From: Kudoa neothunni
Taxonomy: Eukaryota; Animalia; Cnidaria
Assembly: GCA_964304625.1 (NCBI GenBank)
Contig: OZ199838.1
Location: forward strand, 9,203,245-9,267,244
Length of the DNA stretch: 64,000 bases
Direction of reading: 5' to 3'
Numbering within the stretch: the stretch's first letter is position 1; each line of letters begins with the position of its first letter. A program made the position numbers and the translations under genes. Below are positions 27,491 through 40,029 of the stretch, piece by piece. A model generated the notes under the pieces. That model searched no databases. It was not told the DNA's origin and saw nothing but the letters and a program-made list of their open reading frames with translations.

Positions 27491-28304
27491 TAACGTTGAA
27501 TTTTTTCTACATTTGAACAACTAATGGTTTATAAATTATTCATTTCCTATTTTTATAGATTCCTGAAATTAATAATAGGCAATAGTTGAAAAGAAATCGT
27601 GATAACGCGTACAAATCATCAGTAACACTTAACTTTTATAATACGTAAAGGGCGTTTTACGCGATTGAGTGTTATGGTCCATATAAATGACTGCGAGGGG
27701 CTACGAGATATAAAATAGATTACAACAACTAGCATGTATAACAAATAGAATATTCAATATGAGGTCATATTGCACCAAATACTAAAAAACAACAAACATA
27801 ACGTAATCAGTGCTGTCGCATTTTTTCGTTATCGCTGATTTGGATTACGGCCACTATTCTACATTTTAACCAAATCGAGTGTGCTTAGGGCCTAATGAGA
27901 TTAGTTTTAGTTGCTAACAACAGCTACTGAATCTGTTCTCTAAGTCTAATACTGCATACTCACAACAATAAACAATGTCTATCAGTAAATAGAAAATACC
28001 ATTTAAAGCCATGGGAATATGGATTTCGTCCACACATGCGCTGACATTAAAAAACAAAATTCATACTTATTATTAAGCACTAACAAATTGTGTGATTTTA
28101 ATTGAAAAATATAAAATCTTAAGTGTTTAAATTTAATCTTGTTCAAACAATTCAGTGAGAACAAACGAACTGCCCAATTTTGACCGCTTCCGGTTTTTAA
28201 ATAAGCACCAATGGTAACTACTAGGTGAGAAATAGAGCTGTTAATATGTGATTGAATTTTGATACCTTTTTATTTATCTATATAAGCTTGCTAAGCAATA
28301 TTTT

Positions 28305-30348
28305 ATGAAAGATCGAGACGGCCCCATCACGAACGACTCATCCGATTCTTGTGATAAATCTTACACACGACGAAGTATAGTCGACGAATTATTGAGACGA
28401 TTGCCACCAAATAGTTTTTCGATGTAAATGTGTTGTTTTGCACATGCCAACCCTTAATTTGTATTCAATTAGGAATGACTATAGTAATACCACCAGTGAT
28501 GAATCTAACGAAGCCCCACCAACTTCTTCTACCTCCTCTTCTAATTACGTAAACAGTTTTTTCTTCATCTTCAAATAATCTCCATAGGGCTACATTAACA
28601 CTTTATATAATTACACATTTGGTTGGCTGTTCAATTCATTGTATAATACATGTGTAGGAGTAGTTTATCTTTTACGTAATTTTTCAATACCACTGTTTCA
28701 GTTGCATGATTAAATCGCGGTATTGTTAGTTATAATTTTATTCTCTTTGCATTAGGTCGAATACTGTGGGGTGCACCTAGCATACAACAACGAGCATCAG
28801 GTAAACGAATATAACTTGTCGCTTTGGCGATGTCATAACTATATGATATTTATAATCAATGCTTGTTGCTTTGGTTTGGATTTTAAATTGAGATTTCATT
28901 ATTATTATTAGAAGCTGGGGTTTCTAATGGGAAAACCAAAAGCCATTCTTATTTTATTGAACATTTCGAGAGCAAATATGGAAAAGATCACGTCAGATTT
29001 CTACCGGGGCCAATCATTCAAGTGCCTTATAGCACAGTTGTTCTTTTCGGTTATCTAAATGTAGGCTTTATATGAATCCTTCTTATGTCAAAAGCCAACG
29101 TTAGTTTTTCTTTACGAAACTGATTCTGAAGATTCCGCTTTTTTCTGCAGGTACAAAATACATTGTTAAAAATCACTGTAGAAGAGTAAGCAAATTAAAT
29201 TTTTTTTATAGAGAATATTTTTCAAATCCTGATTGTATAAATTCTTTAAATTCTCGCTTTATAATTTGGGCGGCTGACAATGTATCAAAAGAAGCCGCTA
29301 AAGGTACTAAATTTTCATTACCTTAAGTTTCTATTCTTAGTTATACTGAAGCACGTCAAAGATATGAATTATTTAACTCATATCCAACTGTGCTTTACTG
29401 CTCAAACTCGTCTTCAGATCTTAAAGTTTATACGTTGAAAAGTAAGTTTTCATTTATTTATTTGATCACAATATCTATTTTATGGCATAGCACGAGAGAG
29501 TTACGATAATTTCATAAAGCGCTGCAGCGAAGAGGGAGTTTTTAATTATTCGGAAGAAAAAGTACCTATCCGTGAAGAGAGTAATCATGTAAAGTAAGCA
29601 CAATACTAATTTATATTCACCCATCATCTTTAATCTTTGATAATCCCTCTTATTTCATCCAGTGATGCTTTTATCGGAGCTGCCAGCATTATTCAACAGC
29701 AAAATGAAGACTACGAACAACTTCTGGAACAGGAACTAAAAAAAGTGAATTTATTTTCGACGAACCTTCAATAATAAATTGTTGCTAGCAAAGCATAATC
29801 CAAAAAAAACTTGATCGTATGAAACAAAAACAGACTTCTGTAGTTCTTATTAAAGAAGTAACCTTATCTTTACTTAATATATGTTATTTTAAAGTTGTGT
29901 TATTGATTCTTACTTTTTATAGGAATTGTCGAATCGTGCGGAACAATCCAAAAACGATTTTCACGAATTATGTCAATCAGAAATAGAACAGCTTGATCCC
30001 TCCAAAATGATCAATCTTCGTATCTACTATCCTAATAGAAAGTCCACCCAAGTAAGTTGCGTGAAAACCGACCCCATCAAAGTAAACACCATCGTTCACT
30101 TTGAGATTTGATTTTTCGTAGAGGGTGATTGATCATATTTTTGTATCCAATCCTGATATTTCGAAAAAATTTACACTTACACTTCCTTTGAAGAAAAAAG
30201 AAGTTTTAGGTTTGGAGATAATGAAGAGGTTTCTTGTGAAAGCTGCTCTCTCGATTCTTCTTATCGAGTCACTCTCGACTATCTCTCTAGTGAAGAATCA
30301 AGCGATGAAGAACTAGCCTCCTCTGACGAACACATTTCAGGGAAATAA
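28305..30348 (+). CDS. FAF2: FAF2/UBXD8-like protein (hydrophobic hairpin, UAS, coiled coil, UBX), multi-exon
   Basis: FIEHFESKYGKDH...QALYES...LVFLY...FCR...RFIIWA matches the FAF2 UAS region; IIQQQNEDYEQ coil; INLRIYYPN UBX start. The best-matching C-terminus needs one frameshift near 30190-30210. Confidence 0.75.
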
Positions 30349-30849
30349 TTGCATTATTTGATAATTTTATAAAACCGACCCAAATACCAAATTAGTTGCT
30401 TTTGTTTGTATTTTATTTAACACGAATACGTCAGTTGCTTTGAATTTTTATGATTTGTTCTTTTCTAACAGCTACCAAGGATGCCCATTAAAAGTTTAAC
30501 TCTCGTACACGAGACGACAGAAGGGATTATTTGTGAGTCCTCCAACCTGCATAGTCCTTGTTTTACTTTTAAACTACTCTCAGTAAAAAGGGTTAGATTT
30601 CTATCCCAAGTGAATCTTGCTAAAGTCGGTGACCAACAATTCGTAATAGTTTTTGTGTGCGCGCGCGATAAAAATACAATAAAAATCTGACCTTTATTGA
30701 TTCATCGATTTAATAATATTCATAATTTTGATCAAAACTAAAAAATAATAAAATACTCTTTTGACGCGCAGAAAATAATTTTTATAATGGAAGTAATATT
30801 AAAAGTTTTGGGGTTCCATTAAATGTACGGAAAAACAATGTATTGGAAA

Positions 30850-31617
30850 CAAAAGTAACCATGTTTAAGAATCATTTGTGAAGCGCTAATTGATAGAACA
30901 GCGCGGTCCCGCCGACATATTATATTTTATCCCCCTTATAATTTTCAAGAATTTAAAGATGTTGAGTGTTCTAATCTGTAATGATTCCTATGGGTACCGT
31001 GCATAGCTTCGCCGTGGAAACCGATTTTTGTTAAGTTGAACCTATTTTTAAAGCCATGAAATTATCCATAGTTAACACTTCTGAAATCACTGTCAGAAGA
31101 ATCAATCTCATTTCTTTTGTTAATTATTTCGATGGACGATAATTCGATACTTCTCCACCTCATCCAAACGAACTACTCATACACACGTTGATCAGCGTCT
31201 CTATGTTTTCCTTTCCACATTGATCTTTGTGTTTAGCTAGAAGCAATTGATTTTCAAATGCCTGTTTAATTGGAGCCTTTTTTCTAAAATTTCATTAAAA
31301 GTTGAAATATAACCTATTTTGTAGTGTTTAATAGTTTCCGTCTTTCTATTTACGGGCGATAAACTATCATAATATTTAATTACATCATATTTCCCTTGAA
31401 GCATTATGAATTTGTGAATTCTTTGTTCGGGCATTTAAAAATATTTACGAATTTTCGGTTATTACGCAGTTATAACACTTTTTATTTCACACAATAAAAA
31501 AAACTCATATTTAATTAAAAACTCAAAATACATGTAATTTGATAAGTTAAACCGGATGGATAAAATTTTAAGGAATGTTACGAATTATTGGTCCTACGAA
31601 CTAATGGTCACCTACTG
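30850..31617 (-). pseudogene. pogo/Tigger-like relic
   Basis: ORF 31237-31434 followed by DADQRVYE*FVWMR...FHGFKNRF (CENP-B HTH-like); TA|CAGT-type terminus near 31617. Confidence 0.55.
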
Positions 31618-32712
31618 TAACAATATTTAACATATTATTGGAATATAATTCCCATCCAGTTTTTTAATCTTCTATATTTATTAAACATTCAGAAAACCAA
31701 TCTGAAATTTTTTTAGTCGTATATCAAAAAAGGTAATGAAAATATACACTCTAAATAAAAATGGGGGAGTGTCCACCTCCAAAAATTCGTCTTTTTGCGC
31801 GTGTGCAAACCTTCCGATTTTATAATGAATAATCTGTTTACATTTTTTAAATATGGAATGATCACAAATATCTTTAAAAATATCAGTTAAAAAAATCAAC
31901 AAAAATGCAGCTTTGGCCATTACCGTAGCGCGCGCACAACTTGCGCTATTTTTATGCTGTATTTCCCTAAGTTTCCACATATATACAACGTTGAGACTAT
32001 TATTATGTTAAATTTAATTACTTTTTGTAATATTATTATAATTATCAATAGATCTCTACTTTGGTTCTACATTTTAGGTATTAGATATAGTTTTTGTGAT
32101 TTTAATTATTAATTTGAGAAATTTTGATTAGAGCTGAATTAGCGAGTTATATTTAAAAATTTTCTGAAACAAGCCACTGACTGAAGCTTAATAACGGTAG
32201 AATTTAAGTCACAACGCCAGTTTTACAAGCTGCTTCTAGATTAAGAAATCTTGCGATACTTCTTAACCGAGAAAGGTCTGTTATAGGAAATGCTGAACAG
32301 ATGTAAAAATTGTCGTAGGTAGAACACCTAGAGATTAAAGATTGAACGAAGGTTAAAAACCGATTCCACAGACCTACAATTTATTTGCGTATTTGGATTT
32401 AATATTCTCCTCAATTTTAGGAAATTAATTGCGGTTTCTCGTGTGTCAACTCTTCGAAACAACGTGTCCAAATCCATTACCGTACAAGATTTGCGCTCAA
32501 GATAATCTTTTTTAATATTTGTGTTTGAAATAGTAGAGTAATGCCATCCTCTTATAATGAAGGTTAAGAAGTGATACTTGTATCAGCGCCAAGTAAATTC
32601 TATACAGTTTATGCTTTCTGTTCAATATTACGCTGCATTGCTTAAAATAAGATATATTAATTTAATCTTCCGAGCGCCTCAGAATCGACTATTCACACTT
32701 AGTGCTTTTGGG

Positions 32713-35077
32713 GGTAATAGTATAGGATGTAGCACCTCAAAAACACCCTTCTGCGCATAGTTTTTTCGCCGATTCTTCCATGAATGTTCATAATAAAATA
32801 AAAGAATACCGAGAGGAAATGTTCAGATAATTATGGTAACATCTAATTTTGGTGCAAAATTCCCAATACAACACCGTTGAAACACGTGCGATCCTCGTTA
32901 AGTTTCCAATAACCAATGAAAACCCACCGTATTTTGCACACATTAACTTCTACATTTATTACACGCCTTAATAACATTTTTTGGAATGGGCTGTTCCAAA
33001 ATTATACGTCCCAGACGTTTAATTAAACCTTACACATCTTATTATAAATTATATTCTCTATCATTCGTAGTATATCGATTATGAACCTTTTAAAAGAAAA
33101 TTACAATAAATTATCACTTTTTATAGTTTATATATTTTGTTGGTTAATTTATTTGGACTATAAAAAAAGTTATAAACATTTTATCATGAAATTTTTATAG
33201 CAACATTACAATGAATCTTCAATCTTCATTGCATTCGATACCTATCAAAAAAATCTTTTAACAATTAATTTTTAAAGAAACATTCTTCACTTCATTTTTA
33301 GATATATGTAGTCTTTTAAATAGATGTTAAGTCTTGTTTCATATTTATAAAACTAACGATTATATTTTAAACCTTAGATCAAGGGTCGGCAACCTAGTGG
33401 GGTTGCCGGGCCGGATAATCACGTCAAACTAGGAGGTAGGCCAGAATATATTTAAATCCAGTAGATGTAATAAATTGTTCACAAAACAATTGAAAATTGG
33501 ATTAGTAAATTTATATTTTGAAATTTAAAAGAATATATTTTTATTTTTAACGAGAAAAAGAAACATAACGAACGTGAAAGTTCGATATTTTTATGAGGGA
33601 ATTACTGGTTTTATACAATTTTTTATTTCATAATTTACTTGATATTTTTGGTGCTGAATTTAAACGTTTATATATTCAAATTATGGTTCTAAATCGTAAA
33701 GATTAATAATTAAACATTTCCATTAGCTACAATAAAACTAATATCGTACAATCAGTAAAAATAAGTAAGGAATTTATTAGGGGGAAAATTTTAATCTTTA
33801 TTTTTTTAAGCACTTTTATGTTTAAAAAAGGGAATAATACTTAAGTAACATAGTTCACATCGCTATTAAGCCTATTTATATGCTGAAGAGATCGACATTA
33901 AAAGTTGGGGAAATTATATAAGCACTGTCAAAAAAATTAACTTTATCAATGCCATCCTTTGCGGGCCGGTGGTTGCCGACCTCTGCCTTAGATGATATAA
34001 TTTACTTAATTTTTGAGGAAAATTTATAAATAAAGATGTTTTTTATGTTTCTAAGGTGTTTTACTATTTTACCAGTTGGCTTAACATTAGATTATCTAAA
34101 GTTTAACATTAATTCTTTGGTTTCGGTTGTCTTTCGAAAATCTCCCTTTTAATATCAGCCTCGATTGTGTTTGCGCTTTCAGCAAAGAAGCGTCTCATCA
34201 ATCTCAATAATATACCCTTTGCCACTAGATGGTTTTCGCAGAAGAAAATTAGAAGTGAAAATATTTCTTAATGTTTGAAACCATACCCCCGCTGTTTTTG
34301 TGATTAAATTAATATTTTCGGAGGTAGAGAAATAGTCTTATCCAAATTCCAATTGTAAATAATTTATATATTTTATTCACCATTATGTTTGGGGAGGGAT
34401 GAAACAAATTCAAACCTGAAAAGAAAGTTCCACTTCGAGGAGATACCTTAGTTTTACATCTTCGAATTGTGGGACGAGTATCTGGGTATAAAATAATAAC
34501 TGAATGAATAATCCATATCATTCCTTTCATGCGATTTAATTTTAGGTATTGGCCTTTGAACGTTCAAATTTCTTTTGGTGAAGGAAAAACAATTGAATTT
34601 GTAACAATTGTTACGCCTAAAATGAATAGGGAGCAGATACTATTTCTCTACAAGTATATTAAACAATTTAATGGGATTATTAATCAATTAAAAAGTTGCC
34701 ATCGTTAATAAAACTCAATGAACTCACTTTCTCTATCGCGCGAGAAATTTGACGAATTACTCGCTTAAATATTTTATATTTTGTTATTTAAATCAAACGT
34801 TTCATTCAAAAAATGTTATTAAAATGAATAATAAATGTAGAAGTTAATGTGTGCAAAATACGGTGGGTTTTCATTGGTTATTGGAAACTTAACGAGGATC
34901 GCACGTGTTTCAACGGTGTTGTATTGGGAATTTTGCACCAAAATTAGATGTTACCATAATTATCTGAACATTTCCTCTCGGTATTCTTTTATTTTATTAT
35001 GAACATTCATGGAAGAATCGGCAAAAAAACTATGCGCAGAAGGGTGTTTTTGAGGTGCTACATCCTATCTTATTACC
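32713..35077 (-). mobile_element. Merlin-type element with 248-bp TIRs
   Basis: 32713-32960 and 34830-35077 are inverted with about 3 mismatches; GG termini; perfect 8-bp TSD CTTTTGGG; internal remnant RCKTKVSPRSGTFF. Confidence 0.9.
33380..33985. mobile_element. 606-bp hAT MITE
   Basis: TIRs CAAGGGTCGGCAACC / CAGAGGTCGGCAACC; perfect 8-bp TSD CCTTAGAT. Confidence 0.92.
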
Positions 35078-36568
35078 CTTTTGGGGTCTATTAGAGCCCA
35101 TCTTTTTATTTAATAATATGAGTTTACGTAATTTTTAAAACTTCGTAATGCAAAAAAAAAAATTCTATCGACAAAATCGCACAATATTGGCGGAAAACAG
35201 AACTGTGAAATTTTCCGATACCGCCAAAGCAGTGTTAAGGGCTATATATTCTTGTTAAATAAATTTTGACGAATTATTATTTAACAAGAACTTTCAAAAA
35301 TATTTAAAATATTGTGTTATAAATTATCTCGTATATAATTAATTAGATTAAAACTTTACGGCATAACAATGTAGTTATCCACAAAATGGGCTAAAAAGGT
35401 CTCCAATGTTCAACTTAAACGCATATATCAATTTAAAAGTTAAAATTTGCATTCAGTGACCTTCCCTATTATTATCTGTGAGTTTAAGTGAACGGAAGTA
35501 TCATTATTTATACCAGATCTACAATAAAATCGATGCTCTGCCGCTAATTAACAATTTATTATCTAAGTCAAAACGGAAATCACACATCGCAAAAATATGA
35601 AATGTATAATGTAATCCAAACATTTATTTTTGTCTAATGAACAGTTAAAACAAGCACATTCGTGATGTTCTTCGCAAAAGTGTTTCTTGGGCTTACAGCA
35701 CATTGTTTGAGGAATTTTTTGGAACAATAGTGGTTCGGTTTGGATTTTCTTCTCTTGGCTTAGATACTGTTATGTACATAATCTGTTCCTAGCTACGACA
35801 AAATCTTGGAAGAATCCTATTAGCCCTAAGTGTTCTAACCATGGTAAGAACCATTTTCATTAACTGAAAGATCTTTGCAACAATGATTATAACAATGAAA
35901 GTCAAACATATTGGCATTACACGCAACATTTCTGTAAAAATTGCCATTCAAAAATAAGTCAAAAAATCAGTTATATGAAAGATTCTCTGAGCTGTAACAT
36001 TCGTAATACCAGCGGACTTATTCCAAAAGTTTTCTTTTAGTATTTTAGAGGTTTTTAAAGCTTCTGCATCCCAGATAAGGTTATTGTCATCATATACAGA
36101 TAAATCAGTGGCAGAATCAATAAATCCGGAGGAATCGTTTATTTCACTGAAGTTGAAATTATAATCGGTGGAATATATTTCGTTAAAGGCCTCCATGTAG
36201 ACAAATTTCCGTAATAAGCGCAATTCGCGTATAATCATATAAACTCGATGACAAGTATATCTCATTTTTCTCTTTATTTCGTTGATAGATTTTTCTAATA
36301 GCCTCAATTCCATTTTATTATAATTTTATTCATAAAATTATAAAATAACATAGTGGAGTCTATTAGACCCTAAAAGCACCAAGTGTATAATTCTATTTTA
36401 TTTTTCATTCATTAATGAAAAATTCAAACTTATTTAACAGGCATACAGTGTAAGAAAATGTACAAGAATAGGCCAAGTTTTAGAAAATTTAGATAATTGG
36501 AAGGGGCAAAAACTAATCTTTAATATGACATGGGGTCTAATAGACCCCAAAAGCACTCGGAAGGTTAA

Positions 36569-37000
36569 AGTAAAAATTAGCAAATATTGGAATTGTTTGG
36601 AAGAATAAGAATTTCCTATATTCCATAGTACGCATAAAAAAGTTAATGGAGATATCTTTAAATATTTTTTTCTGAGATATTGTATATCGTTGGATATAAC
36701 GAAAAAAATCAGCTCTGCTCTTCTCTTAACAACTCTTCATAGATATGCGAATATTGATTAATAGATGCGAAACTTTTGCGTACTATGATTCTGATATAGT
36801 TGGTGTTTCAATTGTTAACCAAGTTATGAGGAATTCTTCATTTAAAAGAAAATTAAAGTGGCCAATGGTCATCTTATATAATACCTTCGATATTGTCTCA
36901 GTTTATCATTATTTATTGTACTGCGAGAAACATGCTTTATTGTTAACAAGTAAAAGAAATAAGCAGAAAGATGATTTATGGAGCTACTGAAAAACAAGAA
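36569..37000 (+). pseudogene. piggyBac transposase C-terminal relic (older outer element)
   Basis: IGIVWKNK and YYDSDIVGVSIVNQ...RKLKWPMVILYNTFDI resemble the piggyBac GTVRKNK and GGVD..D..RRWP regions. Confidence 0.6.
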
Positions 37001-37727
37001 CTTATCATCTAAAATTCTACTTGACAATATGCATTTTATCACCAAGCCAAGATTTCACAAGAAGGTCCTGGGAAACGACTACAAATTTTTAAAATTTCCA
37101 AAAAATTGATTGAAAAACAGATCCGATGGTAAACTGAAAGATCACAAAAAAAAGAAATAATTAGTGTTAACTGTTTAAATTATCTCAAGCGAAATCAAGT
37201 TATTTAATTTTTATAAATATCCCAATTTTTTATTGTTTTATTATTAATGTTCATTTTTTGAGTTTTACACTAAAACTAAACGATGTTTTATCTGTTACCA
37301 AGTTAAATGATTCTCCAAAGGAGGAGGCTCTTGGCACGGTAAAATTTAATCCTGAACGGCATGTCCGCTTGCGCAATGAGAATTTTTAATCTCAGCAACT
37401 TCAACTTACAAGTTGGGTATAGATTTAATTAAATATAGTCAAGGCTAGTGTCACCTGAATATTATTTACAGTGCCAATAACCATTTCCATCCCAAATATT
37501 TTTAATAGTTCATATACCGGATAACCTAGTAATACAGAGATATTAAAATATATTGATAACGCCCTCTTTTTCGCTTTTCAAGCATAAAGAATCGGTAATA
37601 GATTATAACCAAGGATTCAATATCATTGTATCATCTATTCCCATGTGAATTAGATTCAACTAATAGATTTAAACGAGTTAAATGTTTATTTTGCTGCTTA
37701 GGCAAGTCGCGCAGGGAATCGCGTTCA

Positions 37728-39209
37728 ATGGCGGAGGTAATTCAAAGTCAAACTCACATTGATCCTAACACTTTAGTGGAAAACTCATTGCCATGGTTAA
37801 TATAAGAATTAACGCATTGTGACTGAAATTTATTAGGGTTGAAAAGTATAGACCTAAGTCACTGGAGGAGCTGGTTTCGGTGGATCATGTTGTTGCCAGT
37901 TGTATGTTAAAGATGTGTTGTAGGTGCAGGGAGTGGTTTTTTTAATTAGTGAAAACATTTATCGAACGCGGTGCCATGCCACATTTGCTGTTGTATGGTC
38001 CACCTGGAAGCGGGAAAACATCTACTGCTTTGGCACTGATTTCCACCATATATAAAGGCTCGATTCATCGTTCCAGTGTTTTGGAGGTATTTATTTTACT
38101 TTAAATTCAACTAGTATACGATGACTGCGCTCTAGTTGAATGCATCTGACGATCGGGGAATTGGTATTGTACGAAATGACATTATCACATTTGCCAGCAC
38201 AACTTCCTTTTTTGGGTAGACTTTATGCGTGGCTGTCTTAATTATCCTATTCTAATGTATCGTAGCTCATCTTACAAGTTTGTTATATTGGATGAGGCAG
38301 ATGCAATGACGAATGACGCTCAAAATGCTCTCAAACGCGGTATCAATGTTTTTTATCGATGCCAGAATTATATAAATATAGTGGTTGAGAAATTCTCGAA
38401 GAATGTTCGATTTTGCTTTATCTGTAACTATCTTTCCGGCATTATTCCAGCAATACAATCAAGGTGTACTAGATTTCGATTCGCCCCGTTGACTTCTGAC
38501 GAAATAAAAAATCGTCTTGAAATTATTATCCGAAATGAAAAGTAACTTATTTCTCATGAAATGGTTACTTTTACATTGCGTACTGTAGTGTCCTCATCAC
38601 AAACGAAGCCGTCGACACTATAATTCGTTTGAGCGGTGGTGACATGAGAAAATGTCTCAACGTCCTACAGGTTTTTGACAAAAGTTCACTCATGGCTAAA
38701 TTTCCTTCCTTCTAGAGCACGTTTGTTAGTCATGGAAACGTCACCGAAGAAAATGTCTATCTTACTACAGGTCATCCAAGTCGTCAAGACATCGATCAAA
38801 TGATTTATTGTTTGATGCATGATGGTCTTGCTGATGCGTTTCAAAGTTTCATTTTTGTTTTGTGTAAAGTAGAAAGCCCTAATTTGAAATTACAGAGATT
38901 AACTCTATAAAAACCGAAAAAGGAATTGCCCTTCAAGACATTCTAAGCGAGATTCATATCGCGCTATCACATAATAGTATACACCAACCATTTCATCATT
39001 TTTGAAATGAGTGCTGTTTTAGATTTTCTCTCTCAACAACAAACTTGTGTACATATACATTAAAATGGCTGATATCGAGTCAATAATCATTAAATATGGT
39101 GTTCCATTTATGAATGCACATTTTTTAGAAAACGAGTGGCAGATAGTGTAATGAACATATCCATCTGGCAGCGCTTGTATCGGCCTTTGTTCAAGCTAGG
39201 ACTCTATAA
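37728..39209 (+). CDS. RFC5: Replication factor C small subunit (RFC5/Rfc3 type), multi-exon
   Basis: LPWVEKYRP, Walker [56 protein letters not shown] and KMADIE; two apparent 1-nt frameshifts in the last two exons. Confidence 0.93.
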
Positions 39210-40029
39210 CATCTATTATTATCATTAGCTTTCGTGTTTATTCAGTCATTGTATTGTTTCTCAAAGCTCATTAGGAAATATCATATTTTTTATTGAATGC
39301 CAACCATTATAAAATTTATAATTTAACAGAATAATAATCCTTCCTTTTCTTGAAATGTTTAAACGTATTCAATAAACCCCCAGCTGTGTCTGGAATAAAT
39401 TATTAAAATCGTAGTTTCAAAAACGTACTGATATCAGTCATTCATGTTGGTCGGCAGTGGAGTACTGATTAACGAAATTTTAGATAGTCGCTTGATTTTT
39501 CAATCCCAACAAAATTTTTTCTGAATTGAAGAAATTTCACATCTATACTTTTAATTTTAATGCGATAAGCAATTTAGCTGTCAACTATAATTCACGCACG
39601 CATATTTCTCCTCAACAAACACTCACGTTACTTGTATAATTACATTTCGTTGTTTCGATCTATCTGATAATAAGTAAAGGATGAAATAGATAAAAATGCA
39701 GCTGTTGACATCTAAAAGAATAATACCAAATACAGCTCTTTTCTGATAATTTTATGAAGGGACTTAATTTGGTTTTAACTAAACATCTGTGAGCGAGAAA
39801 TTATAGTTTCGTGATTTTAATACGCTTTTAAAACTTTCAAATAAATCTATCTATTCCTCTTCAGACAAAATCCTTTCCGTTCAAAAAACCAACCTAATGT
39901 AAATATAAAATTGGTTTTCTCGAAGAATGACTCTTGTTTAAAGATAAACTGAAAGGAGAAAACTGGTCAACGTGCGCCAGTACAAACACGCGTGTTGGGG
40001 TTATAAAGTCGGAGCAACTTGGTGAATCT

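Larger units (their letters stand above)
32666..36564 (-). mobile_element. Decayed piggyBac element C, host of the Merlin at 32713
   Basis: TTAA|TCTTCCGAGCGC ... GCACTCGGAAGG|TTAA; subterminal GGGGTCTATTAGA repeats; minus-strand remnants at 35700-36313. Confidence 0.7.

Noticed and set aside
28676-28755. Apparent frameshift in an early FAF2-like exon
   Set aside because: Resolved by the acceptor ending at 28755, which gives VVYLLRRILWG.
30185-39209. Programmed ribosomal frameshifting or a variant genetic code
   Set aside because: The indels go in both directions with no shared slippery motif; CAD, RPS11 and RPL34 translate cleanly with the standard code.
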